Source of the DNA: Eledone cirrhosa
Taxonomy: Eukaryota
Direction: 5' to 3'
DNA length: 64,000 bases
NCBI GenBank assembly: GCA_964016885.1
Contig: OZ024743.1
Span: forward strand, 378,138,001 to 378,202,000
Shown: one piece after another, positions 15,501 to 30,500 of the stretch
How the letters are laid out: each line of letters starts with the position of its first letter
How positions within the stretch are numbered: position 1 is the stretch's first letter
Notes under the pieces: generated by a model
Told to the model about the DNA's origin: nothing
The model's input: only the letters and a program-made list of their open reading frames with translations
The model's database searches: none
Program-made: the position numbers and the translations under genes

Positions 15501-18500
15501 CCCCTACATATGTTCCTGCTCAATACCAAATGCTCACATGGGCTAATGGCCTGTATCTCCCTTAAATATGTTCCTACTCTATACCAAATGCTCACATGGG
15601 CTAATGGCCTGTATCTCCCTTACATATGTTCCTGCTCAATACCAAATGCTCACATGGGCTAATGGCCTATACCTCCCTCAAATATGTTCCTGCTCTATAC
15701 CAAATGCTCACATGGGCCAATGGCCTGTATCTCCCTTAAATATGTTGCTGCTCTATACCAAATGCTCACATGGGCTAATGGCCTGTATCTCCCTTACATA
15801 TGTTCCTGCTCTATACCAAATTCTCACATGGGCTAATGGACTGTATCTCCCTTACATATGTTCATGCTCTATACCAAATGCTCACATGGATTAATGGCCT
15901 GTATCTCCCTTACATATGTTCCTGCTCTATACCAAATGCTCACAAGGGCTAATGGCCTACATCTCCCTTACATATGTTCCTGCTCTATACCAAATGCTCA
16001 CATGGGCTAATGGCCTGTATCTCCCTTACATATGTTCCTGCACTCAACCAAATGCTCACATGGGCTAATGGCCTGTATCTCCCTTACATATGTTCCTGCA
16101 CTCAACCAAATGCTCACATGGGCTAATGGCCTGTATCTCCCTTACATATGTTCCTGCTCTATACCAAATGCTCACATGGGCTAATGGCCTACATCTCCCT
16201 TACATATGTTCCTGCTCTATACCAAATGCTCACATGGGCTAATGGCCTGTATCTCCCTTACATATGTTCCTGCTCTATACCAAATGCTCACATGGGGTAA
16301 TGGCCTGTACCTCCCTCAAATATGTTCCTGCTCTATACCAAATGCTCACATGGGGTAATGGCCTACATCACCCCTACATATGTTCCTGCTCTATACCAAA
16401 TGCTCACATGGGCTGATGGCCTGTATCTCCCTTACATATGTTCCTGCTCTATACCAAATGCTCACATGGGCTAATGGCCTGTATCTCCCTTACATATGTT
16501 CCTGCTCAATACCAAATGCTCACATGGGCTAATGGCCTATACCTCCCTCAAATATGTTCCTGCTCTATACCAAATGCTCACATGGGCCAATGGCCTGTAT
16601 CTCCCTTAAATATGTTCCTGCTCTATACCAAATTCTCACATGGGCTAATGGACTGTATCTCCCTTACATATGTTCATGCTCTATACCAAATGCTCACATG
16701 GATTAATGGCCTGTATCTCCCTTACATATGTTCCTGCTCTATACCAAATGCTCACATGGGCTAATGGCCTACATCTCCCTTACATATGTTCCTGCTCTAT
16801 ACCAAATGCTCACATGGGCTAATGGCCTGTATCTCCCTTACATATGTTCCTGCACTCAACCAAATGCTCACATGGGCTAATGGCCTATATCTCCCTTACA
16901 TATGTTCCTGCACTCAACCAAATGCTCACATGGGCTAATGGCCTCTATCTCCCTTACATATGTTCCTGCTCTATACCAAATGCTCACATGGGCTAATGGC
17001 CTACATCTCCCTTACATATGTTCCTGCTCTATACCAAATGCTCACATGGGCTAATGGCCTGTATCTCCCTTACATATGTTCCTGCTCTATACCAAATGCT
17101 CACATGGGGTAATGGCCTGTACCTCCCTCAAATATGTTCCTGCTCTATACCAAATGCTCACATGGGGTAATGGCCTACATCACCCCTACATATGTTCCTG
17201 CTCTATACCAAATGCTCACATGGGCCAATGGCCTACATCTCCCCTACATATGTTCCTGCACTATACCAAATTCTCACATGGGCAATTGGACTGTATCTCC
17301 CTTACATATGTTCCTGCTCTATACCAAATGCTCACATGGGCTAATGGCCTGTATCTCCCTTACATATGTTCCTGCTCAATACCAAATGCTCACATGGGCT
17401 AATGGCCTATATCTCCCTCAAATATGTTCCTGCTCTATACCAAATGCTCACATGGGCCAATGGCCTGTATCTCCCTTAAATATGTTGCTGCTCTATACCA
17501 AATGCTCACATGGGCTAATGGCCTGTATCTCCCTTACATATGTTCCTGCACTCAACCAAATGCTCATATAGGCTAATGGCCTGTATCTCCCTTACATATG
17601 TTCCTGCTCTATACCAAATGCTCACATGGGCTAATGGCCTACATCTCCCTTACATATGTTCCTGCTCTATACCGAATGCTCACATGGGCTAATGGCCTGT
17701 ATCTCCCTTACATATGTTCCTGCTGAATACCAGATGCTCACAAGGGCTAATGGCCTGTATCTCCCTTAAATATGTTCCTGCTCAATACCAAATGCTCACA
17801 TGGGCTAATGGCCTGTATCTCCCTTACATATGTTCCTGCTCTATACCAAATGCTCACATGGGCTGATGGCCTGTATCTCCCTTACATATGTTCCTGCTCT
17901 ATACCAAATGCTCACATGGGCTAAGGGCCTGTATCTCCCTTAAATATGTTCCTGCTCTATACCAAATGCTCACATGGGCTAATGGCCTGTATCTCCCTTA
18001 CATATGTTCCTGCTCAATACCAAATGCTCACATGGGCTAATGGCCTGTATCTCCCTTAAATATGTTCCTACTCTATACCAAATGCTCACATGGGCTAATG
18101 GCCTGTATCTCCCTTACATATGTTCCTGCTCAATACCAAATGCTCACATGGGCTAATGGCCTATACCTCCCTCAAATATGTTGCTGCTCTATACCAAATG
18201 CTCACATGGGCTAATGGCCTGTATCTCCCTTACATATGTTCCTGCTCTATACCAAATTCTCACATGGGCTAATGGACTGTATCTCCCTTACATATGTTCA
18301 TGCTCTATACCAAATGCTCACATGGATTAATGGCCTGTATCTCCCTTACATATGTTCCTGCTCTATACCAAATGCTCACATGGGCTAATGGCCTACATCT
18401 CCCTTACATATGTTCCTGCTCTACACCAAATGCTCACATGGGCTAATGGCCTGTATCTCCCTTATATATGTTCCTGCTCAATACCAAATGCTCACATGGG

Positions 18501-21500
18501 CTAATGGCCTGTATCTCCGTTACATATGTTCCTGCACTCAACCAAATGCTCACATGGGCTAATGGCCTGTATCTCCCTTACATATGTTCCTGCTCTATAC
18601 CAAATGCTCACATGGGCTAATGGCCTACATCTCCCTTACATATGTTCCTGCTCTATACCAAATGCTCACATGGTCTAATGGCCTGTATCTCCCTTACATA
18701 TGTTCCTGCACTCAAACAAATGCTCATATGGGCTAATGGCCTGTATCTCCCTTACATATGTTCCTGCTCTATACCAAATGCTCACATGGGCTAAAAGCCT
18801 GTATCTCCCTTACATATGTTCCTGTTCTATACCAAATGCTCACATGGGGTAATGGCCTGTATCTCCCTTACATATGTTCCTGCTCAATACCAAATGCTCA
18901 CATGGGCTAATGGCCTACATCTCCCCTACATATGTTCCTGCTCTATACCAAATTCTCACATGGGCTGATGGACTGTATCTCCCTTACATATGTTCCTGCT
19001 CTATACCAAATGCTCACATGGACTAATGGCCTGTATCTCCCTTACATATGTTCCTGCTCTATACCAAATGCTCACATGGGCTAATGGCCTACATCTCCCT
19101 TACATATGTTCCTGCTCTATACCAAATGCTCACATGGGCTAATGGCCTGTATCTCCCTTACATATGTTCCTGCACTCAACCAAATGCTCACATGGGCTAA
19201 TGTTCTGTATCTCCCTTACATATGTTCCTGATCAATACCAAATGCTCACATGGGCTAATGGCCTGTATCTCCCTTACATATGTTCCTGCTCAATACCAAA
19301 TGCTCACATGGGCTAATGGCCTGTATCTCCCTTACATATGTTCCTGCTCTATACCAAATGCTCACATGGGCTAATGGCCTGTATCTCCCTCAAATATGTT
19401 CCTGCTCTATACCAAAAGCTCACATGGGCTAATGGCCTGTATCTCCCTTACATATGTTCCTGCACTCAACCAAATGCTCACATGGGCTAATGGCCTGTAT
19501 CTCCCTTACATATGTCCCTGCTTTATACCAAATGCTCACATGGGCTAATGGCCTACATCTCCCTTACATATGTTCCTGCTCTATACCAAATGCTCACATG
19601 GGCTAATGGCCTGTATCTCCCTTACATATGTTCCTGCTGAATACCAAATGCTCACATGGGCTAATGGCCTGTATCTCCCTTACATATGTTCCTGCTCTAT
19701 ACCAAATGCTCACATGGACTGATGGCCTGTATCTCCCTTACATATGTTCCTGCTCTATACCAAATGCTTACATGGGCTAATGGCCTGTATCTCCCTTACA
19801 TATGTTCCTGCTCAATACCAAATGCTCACATGGGCTAATGGCCTGTATCTCCCTTACATATGTTCCTGCTCTATACCAAATGCTCACATGGGGTAATGGC
19901 CTGTACCTCCCTCAAATATGTTCCTGCTCTATACCAAATGCTCACATGGGGTAATGGCCTACATCACCCCTACATATGTTCCTGCTCTATACCAAATGCT
20001 CACATGGACTGATGGCCTGTACCTCCCTCAAATATGTTATTTCTCTATACCAAATGCTCACATGGGCCAATGGCCTGTATCTCCCTTAAATATGTTGCTG
20101 CTCTATACCAAATGCTCACATGGGCTAATGGCCTGTATCTCCCTTACATATGTTCCTGCTGAATATCAAATGCTCACATGGGCTAATGGCCTACATCTCC
20201 CTTACATATGTTCCTGCACTCAACCAAATGCTCACATAGGCTAATGGCCTGTATCTCCCTTCCATATGTTCCTGCACTCAACCAAATGCTCACATGGGCT
20301 AATGGCCTGTATCTCCCTTACATATGTTCCTGCACTCAACCAAATGCTCACATGGGCTAATGGCCTACATCTCCCTTACATATGTTCCTGCACTCAACCA
20401 AATGCTCACATAGGCTAATGGCCTGTATCTCCCTTACATATGTTCCTGCACTCAACCAAATGCTCACATGGGCTAATGGCCTGTATCTCCCTTACATATG
20501 TTCCTGCACTCAACCAAATGCTCACATGGGCTAATGACCTGTATCTCCCTTACATATGTTCCTGCTCTATACCAAATGCTCACATGGGCTAATGGCCTAC
20601 ATCTCCCTTACATATGTTCCTGCTCTATACCAAATGCTCACATGGGCTAATGGCCTGTATCTCCCTTACATATGTTCCTGCTGAATATCAAATGCTCACA
20701 TGGGCTAATGGCCTGTATCTCCCTTAAATATGTTCCTGCTCAATACCAAATGCTCACATGGGCTAATGGCCTGTATCTTCCTTACATATGTTCCTGCTCT
20801 ATACCAAATGCTCACATGGACTGATGGCCTGTATCTCCCTTACATATGTTCCTGCTCTATACCAAATGCTCACATGGGCTAATGGCCTGTATCTCCCTTA
20901 CATATGTTCCTGCTCAATACCAAATGTTCACATGGGCTAATGGCCTGTATCTCCCTCACATATGTTCCTGCTCTATACCAAATGCTCACATGGGGTAATG
21001 GCCTGTACCTCCCTCAAATATGTTCCTGCTCTATACCAAATGCTCACATGGGGTAATGGCCTACATCACCCCTACATATGTTCCTGCTCTATACCAAATG
21101 CTCACATGAGCCAATGGCCTGTATCTCCCTTACATATGTTCCTGCTCAATACCAAATGCTCACATGGGCTAATGGCCTGTATCTCCCTTACATATGTTCC
21201 TGCTCAATACCAAATGCTCACATGGGCTAATGGCCTGTACCTCCCTCAAATATGTTATTTCTCTATACCAAATGCTCACATGGGCCAATGGCCTGTATCT
21301 CCCTTAAATATGTTGCTGCTCTATACCAAATGCTCACATGGGCTAATGGCCTGTATCTCCCTTACATATGTTCCTGCACTCAACCAAATGCTCATATAGG
21401 CTAATGGCCTGTATCTCCCTTACATATGTTCCTGCTCTATACCAAATGCTCACATGGGCTAAAAGCCTGTATCTCCCTTACATATGTTCCTGCTCTATAC

Positions 21501-24500
21501 CAAATGCTCACATGGGGTAATGGCCTGTATCTCCCTTACATATGTTCCTGCTCTATACCAAATGCTCACATGGGCTAATGGCCTACATCTCCCCTACATA
21601 TGTTCCTGCTCTATACCAAATTCTCACATGGGCTAATGGACTGTATCTCCCTTACATATGTTCCTGCACTCAACCAAATGCTCACATGGGCTAATGGCCT
21701 ACATCTCCCTTACATATGTTCCTGCACTCAACCAAATGCTCACATGGGCTAATGGCCTGTATCTCCCTTACATATGTTCCTGCTCTATACCAAATGCTCA
21801 CATGGGCTAATGGCCTACATCTCCCTTACATATGTTCCTGCTCTATACCAAATGCTCACATGGGCTAATGGCCTGTATCTCCCTTACATATGTTCCTGCT
21901 CAATACCAAATGCTCACATGGGCTAATGGCCTGTATCTCCCTTACATATGTTCCTGCTCTATACCAAATGCTCACATGGGGTAATGGCCTGTACCTCCCT
22001 CAAATATGTTCCTACTCTATACCAAATGCTCACATGGGGTAATGGCCTACATCACCCCTACATATGTTCCTGCTCTATACCAAATGCTCACATGGACTGA
22101 TGGCCTGTATCTCCCTTACATATGTTCCTGCTCTATACCAAATGCTCACATGGGCTAATGGCCTGTATCTCCCTTACATATGTTCCTGCTCAATACCAAA
22201 TGCTCACATGGGCTAATGGCCTGTATCTCCCTTACATATGTTCCTGCTCTATACCAAATGCTCACATGGGGTAATGGCCTGTACCTCCCTCAAATATGTT
22301 CCTGCTCTATACCAAATGCTCACATGGGGTAATGGCCTACATCACCCCTACATATGTTCCTGCTCTAAACCAAATGCTCACATGGGCCAATGGCCTGTAT
22401 CTCCCTTACATATGTTCCTGCTCAATACCAAATGCTCACATGGGCTAATGGCCTGTACCTCCCTCAAATATGTTATTGCTCTATACCAAATGCTCACATG
22501 GGCCAATGGCCTGTATCTCCCTTAAATATGTTGCTGCTCTATACCAAATGCTCACATGGGCTAATGGCCTGTATCTCCCTTACATATGTTCCTGCACTCA
22601 ACCAAATGCTCATATGGGCTAATGGCCTGTATCTCCCTTACATATGTTCCTGCTCTATACCAAATGCTCACATGGGCTAAAAGCCTGTATCTCCCTTACA
22701 TATGTTCCTGCTCTATACCAAATGCTCACATGGGGTAATGGCCTGTATCTCCCTTACATATGTTCCTGCTCAATACCAAATGCTCACATGGGCTAATGGC
22801 CTGTATCTCCCTTACATATGTTCCTGCTCAATACCAAATGCTCACATGGGCTAATGGCCTGTACCTCCCTCAAATATGTTATTTCTCTATACCAAATGCT
22901 CACATGGGCCAATGGCCTGTATCTCCCTTAAATATGTTGCTGCTCTATACCAAATGCTCACATGGGCTAATGCCCTGTATCTCCCTTACATATGTTCCTG
23001 CTGAATATCAAATGTTCACATGGGCTAATGGCCTACATCTCCCTTACATATGTTCCTGCACTCAACCAAATGCTCACATAGGCTAATGGCCTGTATCTCC
23101 CTTACATATGTTCCTGCACTCAACCAAATGCTCACATGGGCTAATGGCCTGTAATTCCCTTACATATGTTCCTGCACTCAACCAAATGCTCACATGGGCT
23201 AATGGCCTACATCTCCCTTACATATGTTCCTGCACTCAACCAAATGCTCACATAGGCTAATGGCCTGTATCTCCCTTACATATGTTCCTGCACTCAACCA
23301 AATGCTCACATGGGCTAATGGCCTGTATCTCCCTTACATATGTTCCTGCACTCAACCAAATGCTCACATGGGCTAATGACCTGTATCTCCCTTACATATG
23401 TTCCTGCTCTATACCAAATGCTCACATGGGCTAATGGCCTACATCTCCCTTACATATGTTCCTGCTCTATACCAAATGCTCACATGGGCTAATGGCCTCT
23501 ATCTCCCTTACATATGTTCCTGCTGAATATCAAATGCTCACATGGGCTAATGGCCTGTATCTCCCTTAAATATGTTCCTGCTCAATACCAAATGCTCACA
23601 TGGGCTAATGGCCTGTATCTCCCTTACATATGTTCCTGCTCTATACCAAATGCTCACATGGACTGATGGCCTGTATCTCCCTTACATATGTTCCTGCTCT
23701 ATACCAAATGCTCACATGGGCTAATGGCCTGTATCTCCCTTACATATGTTCCTGCTCAATACCAAATGCTCACATGGGCTAATGGCCTGTATCTCCCTCA
23801 CATATGTTCCTGCTCTATACCAAATGCTCACATGGGGTAATGGCCTGTACCTCCCTCAAATATGTTCCTGCTCTATACCAAATGCTCACATGGGGTAATG
23901 GCCTACATCACCCCTACATATGTTCCTGCTCTATACCAAATGCTCACATGGGCCAATGGCCTGTATCTCCCTTACATATGTTCCTGCTCAATACCAAATG
24001 CTCACATGGGCTAATGGCCTGTATCTCCCTTACATATGTTCCTGCTCAATACCAAATGCTCACATGGGCTAATGGCCTGTACCTCCCTCAAATATGTTAT
24101 TTCTCTATACCAAATGCTCACATGGGCCAATGGCCTGTATCTCCCTTAAATATGTTGCTGCTCTATACCAAATGCTCACATGGGCTAATGGCCTGTATCT
24201 CCCTTACATATGTTCCTGCTCAATACCAAATGCTCACATGGGCTAATGGCCTGTACCTCCCTCAAATATGTTATTTCTCTATACCAAATGCTCACATGGG
24301 CCAATGGCCTGTATCTCCCTTACATATGTTCCTGCACTCAACCAAATGCTCATATAGGCTAATGGCCTGTATCTCCCTTACATATGTTCCTGCTCTATAC
24401 CAAATGCTCACATGGGCTAAAAGCCTGTATCTCCCTTACATATGTTCCTGCTCTATACCAAATGCTCACATGGGGTAATGGCCTGTATCTCCCTTACATA

Positions 24501-27500
24501 TGTTCCTGCTCAATACCAAATGCTCACATGGGCTAATGGCCTACATCTCCCCTACATATGTTCCTGCTCTATACCAAATTCTCACATGGGCTAATGGACT
24601 GTATCTCCCTTACATATGTTCCTGCTCTATACCAAATGCTCACATGGACTAATGGCCTGTATCTCCCTTACATATGTTCCTGCTCTATACCAAATGCTCA
24701 CATGGGCTAATGGCCTACATCTCCCTTACATATGTTCCTGCTCTATACCAAATGCTCACATGGGCTAATGGCCTGTATCTCCCTTACATATGTTCCGGCA
24801 CTCAACCAAATGCTCACATGGGCTAATGGCCTGTATCTCCCTTACATATGTTCCTGCTCTATACCAAATGCTCACATGGACTAATGGCCTGTATCTCCCT
24901 TACATATGTTCCTGCTCTATACCAAATGCTCACATGGGCTAATGGCCTGTATCTCCCTTACATATCTTCCTGCTCTATACCAAATGCTCACATAGGCTAA
25001 TGGCCTGTATCTCCCTTACATATGTTCCTGCACTCAACCAAATGCTCACATGGGCTAATGGCCTGTATCTCCCTTACATATGTTCCTGCACTCAACCAAA
25101 TGCTCACATGGGCTAATGGCCTGTATCTCCCTTACATATGTTCCTGCACTCAACCAAATGCTCACATGGGCTAATGGCCTGTATCTCCCTTACATATGTT
25201 CCTGCTCAATACCAAATGCTCACATGGGCTAGTGGCATGTATCTCCCTTACATATGTTCTTGCACTCAACCAAATGCTCACATGGGCTAATGGCCTACAT
25301 CTCCCTTACATATGTTCCTGCTCAATATCAAATGCTCACATGGGCTAATGGCCTGTATCTCCCTTACATATGTTGCTGCTCAATACCAAATGCTCACATG
25401 GGCTAATGGCCTGTATCTCCCTTACATATGTTCCTGCTCTATACCAAATGCTCACATGGGCTAATGGCCTGTATCTCCCTTACATATGTTCCTGCTCAAT
25501 ATCAAATGCTCACATGGGCTAATGGCCTACATCTCCCTTACATATGACCCTGCTCTATACCAAATGCTCACATGGGCTAATGGCCTGTATCTCCCTTACA
25601 TATGTTCCTGCACTCAATCAAATGCTCACATGGGCTAATGGCCTGTATCTCCCTTACATATGTTCCTGCTCAATACCAAATGCTCACATGGGATAATGGC
25701 CTACATCTCCCTTACATATGTTCCTGCTCTATACCAAATGCTCACATGGGCTAATGGCCTGTATCTCCCTTACATATGTTCCTGCTCAATACCAAATGCT
25801 CACATGGGCTAATGGCCTGTATCTCCCTTACATATGTTCCTGCACTCAACCAAATGCTCACATGGGCTAATGGCCTGTATCTCCCTTACATATGTTCCTG
25901 CTCTATACCAAATGCTCACATGGGCTAATGGCCTACCTCTCCCTTAAATATGTTCCTGCCCTATACCAAATGCTCACATGGGCTAATGGCCTGTATCTCC
26001 CTTACATATGTTCCTGTTCAATACCAAATGCTCACATGGGCTAATGGCCTACATCTCCCTTAAATATGTTCCTGCTCTATACCAAATGCTCACATGGGCT
26101 AATGGCCTGTATCTCCCTTACATATGTTACTGGTGAATACCAAATGCTCACATGGGCTAATGGCCTGTATCTCCCTTACATATGTTCCTGCTCTATACCA
26201 AATGCTCACATGGGCTAATGGCCTGTATCTCCCTCAAATATGTTCCTGCTCTATACCAAAAGCTCACATGGGCTAATGGCCTGTATCTCCCTTACATATG
26301 TTCCTGCTCAATACCAAATGCTCACATGGGCTAATGGCCTGTATCTTCCTTACATATTTTCCTGCTCAATACCAAATGCTCACATGGGCTAATGGCCTGT
26401 ATCTCCCTTACATATGTTCCTGCTCTATACCAAATGCTCACATGGGCTAACGGCCTACATCTCCCTTAAATATGTTGCTGCTCTATACCAAATGCTCACA
26501 TGGGCTAATGGCCTGTATCTCCCTTACATATGTTCCTGCTCAATACCAAATGCTCACATGGGCTAATGGCCTGTATCTCCCTTACATATGTTCCTGCTCA
26601 ATACCAAATGCTCACATGGGCTAATGGCCTGTATCTCCCTTACATATGTTCCTGCTCTATACCAAATGCTCACATGGGCTAATGGCCTGTATCTCCCTTA
26701 CATATGTTCCTGCTCAATACCAAATGCTCACATGGGCTAATGGCCTGTATCTCCCTTACATATGTTCCTGCTCAATACCAAATGCTCACATGGGCTAATG
26801 GCCTGTATCTCCCTTACATATGTTACTGCTCTATACCAAATGCTCACATGGGCTAATGGCCTGTATCTCACTTAAATATGTTCCTGTTCTATACCAAATG
26901 CTCACATGGGCTAATGGCCTGTATCTCCCTTACATATGTTCCTGCTCAATACCAAATGCTCACATGGGCTAATGGCCTGTATCTCACTTAAATATGTTCC
27001 TGTTCTATACCAAATGCTCACATGGGCTATTGGCCTGTATCTCCCTTACATATGTTCCTGCTCTATACCAAATGCTCACATGGGCTAATGGCCTGTATCT
27101 CCCTTACATATGTTCCTGCTCTATACCAAATGCTCACATGGGCTAATGGCCTGTATCTCCCTTACATATGTTCCTGCTCTATACCAAATGCTCACATGGG
27201 CTAATGGCCTGTATCTCCCTTACATATGTTCCTGCTCTATACCAAATGCTCACATGGGCTAATGGCCTGTATCTCCCTTACATATGTTCCTGCACTCAAC
27301 CAAATGCTCACATGGGCTAATGGCCTGTATCTCCCTTACATATGTTCCTGATCAATACCAAATGCTCACATGGGCTAATGGCCTGTATCTCCCTTACATA
27401 TGTTCCTGCTCAATACCAAATGCTCACATGGGCTAATGGCCTGTATCTCCCTTACATATCTTCCTGCTCTATACCAAATGCTCACATAGGCTAATGGCCT

Positions 27501-30500
27501 GTATCTCCCTTACATATGTTCCTGCACTCAACCAAATGCTCACATGGGCTAATGGCCTGTATCTCCCTTACATATGTTCCTGCTCAATACCAAATGCTCA
27601 CATGGGCTAATGGCCTGTATCTCCCTTACATATGTTCCTGCACTCAACCAAATGCTCACATGGGCTAATGGCCTGTATCTCCCTTACATATGTTCCTGCT
27701 CAATACCAAATGCTCACATGGGCTAGTGGCCTGTATCTCCCTTACATATGTTCTTGCACTCAACCAAATGCTCACATGGGCTAATGGCCTACATCTCCCT
27801 TACATATGTTCCTGCTCAATATCAAATGCTCACATGGGCTAATGGCCTGTATCTCCCTTACATATGTTGCTGCTCAATACCAAATGCTCACATGGGCTAA
27901 TGGCCTGTATCTCCCTTACATATGTTCCTGCTCTATACCAAATGCTCACATGGGCTAATGGCCTGTATCTCCCTTACATATGTTCCTGCTCAATATCAAA
28001 TGCTCACATGGGCTAATGGCCTACATCTCCCTTACATATGACCCTGCTCTATACCAAATGCTCACATGGGCTAATGGCCTGTATCTCCCTTACATATGTT
28101 CCTGCACTCAATCAAATGCTCACATGGGCTAATGGCCTGTATCTCCCTTACATATGTTCCTGCTCAATACCAAATGCTCACATGGGATAATGGCCTACAT
28201 CTCCCTTACATATGTTCCTGCTCTATACCAAATGCTCACATGGGCTAATGGCCTGTATCTCCCTTACATATGTTCCTGCTCAATACCAAATGCTCACATG
28301 GGCTAATGGCCTGTATCTCCCTTACATATGTTCCTGCACTCAACCAAATGCTCACATGGGCTAATGGCCTGTATCTCCCTTACATATGTTCCTGCTCTAT
28401 ACCAAATGCTCACATGGGCTAATGGCCTACCTCTCCCTTAAATATGTTCCTGCCCTATACCAAATGCTCACATGGGCTAATGGCCTGTATCTCCCTTACA
28501 TATGTTCCTGTTCAATACCAAATGCTCACATGGGCTAATGGCCTACATCTCCCTTAAATATGTTCCTGCTCTATACCAAATGCTCACATGGGCTAATGGC
28601 CTGTATCTCCCTTACATATGTTCCTGCTGAATACCAAATGCTCACATGGGCTAATGGCCTGTATCTCCCTTACATATGTTCCTGCTCTATACCAAATGCT
28701 CACATGGGCTAATGGCCTGTATCTTCCTTACATATTTTCCTGCTCAATACCAAATGCTCACATGGGCTAATGGCCTGTATCTCCCTTACATATGTTCCTG
28801 CTCTATACCAAATGCTCACATGGGCTAACGGCCTACATCTCCCTTAAATATGTTGCTGCTCTATACCAAATGCTCACATGGGCTAATGGCCTGTATCTCC
28901 CTTACATATGTTCCTGCTCAATACCAAATGCTCACATGGGCTACTGGCCTGTATCTCCCTTACATATGTTCCTGCTCAATACCAAATGCTCACATGGGCT
29001 AATGGCCTGTATCTCCCTTACATATGTTCCTGCTCTATACCAAATGCTCACATGGGCTAATGGCCTGTATCTCCCTTACATATGTTCCTGCTCAATACCA
29101 AATGCTCACATGGGCTAATGGCCTGTATCTCCCTTACATATGTTCCTGCTCAATACCAAATGCTCACATGGGCTAATGGCCTGTATCTCCCTTACATATG
29201 TTACTGCTCTATACCAAATGCTCACATGGGCTAATGGCCTGTATCTCACTTAAATATGTTCCTGTTCTATACCAAATGCTCACATGGGCTAATGGCCTGT
29301 ATCTCCCTTACATATGTTCCTGCTCTATACCAAATGCTCACATGGGCTAATGGCCTGTATCTCCCTTACATATGTTCCTGCTCAATACCAAATGCTCACA
29401 TGGGCTAATGGCCTGTATCTCACTTAAATATGTTCCTGTTCTATACCAAATGCTCACATAGGCTAATGGCCTGTATCTCCCTTACATATGTTCCTGCACT
29501 CAACCAAATGCTCACATGGGCTAATGGCCTGTATCTCCCTTACATATGTTCCTGCTCTATACCAAATGCTCACATGGGCTAATGGCCTGTATCTCCCTTA
29601 CATATGTTCCTGCTCTATACCAAATGCTCACATGGGCTAATGGCCTGTATCTCCCTTACATATGTTCCTGCTCTATACCAAATGCTCACATGGGCTAATG
29701 GCCTGTATCTCCCTTACATATGTTCCTGCACTCAACCAAATGCTCACATGGGCTAATGGCCTGTATCTCCCTTACATATGTTCCTGATCAATACCAAATG
29801 CTCACATGGGCTAATGGCCTGTATCTCCCTTACATATGTTCCTGCTCAATACCAAATGCTCACATGGGCTAATGGCCTGTATCTCCCTTACATATGTTCC
29901 TGCTCAATACCAAATGCTCACATGGGCTAATGGCCTGTATCTCCCTTACATATGTTCCTGCTCAATACCAAATGCTCACATGGGCTAATGGCCTGTATCT
30001 CCCTTACATATCTTCCTGCTCTATACCAAATGCTCACATAGGCTAATGGCCTGTATCTCCCTTACATATGTTCCTGCACTCAACCAAATGCTCACATGGG
30101 CTAATGGCCTGTATCTCCCTTACATATGTTCCTGCACTCAACCAAATGCTCACATGGGCTAATGGCCTGTATCTCCCTTACATATGTTCCTGCACTCAAC
30201 CAAATGCTCACATGGGCTAATGGCCTGTATCTCCCTTACATATGTTCCTGCTCAATACCAAATGCTCACATGGGCTAGTGGCCTGTATCTCCCTTACATA
30301 TGTTCTTGCACTCAACCAAATGCTCACATGGGCTAATGGCCTACATCTCCCTTACATATGTTCCTGCTCAATATCAAATGCTCACATGGGCTAATGGCCT
30401 GTATCTCCCTTACATATGTTCCTGATCAATACCAAATGCTCACATGGGCTAATGGCCTGTATCTCCCTTACATATGTTCCTGCTCTATACCAAATGCTCA

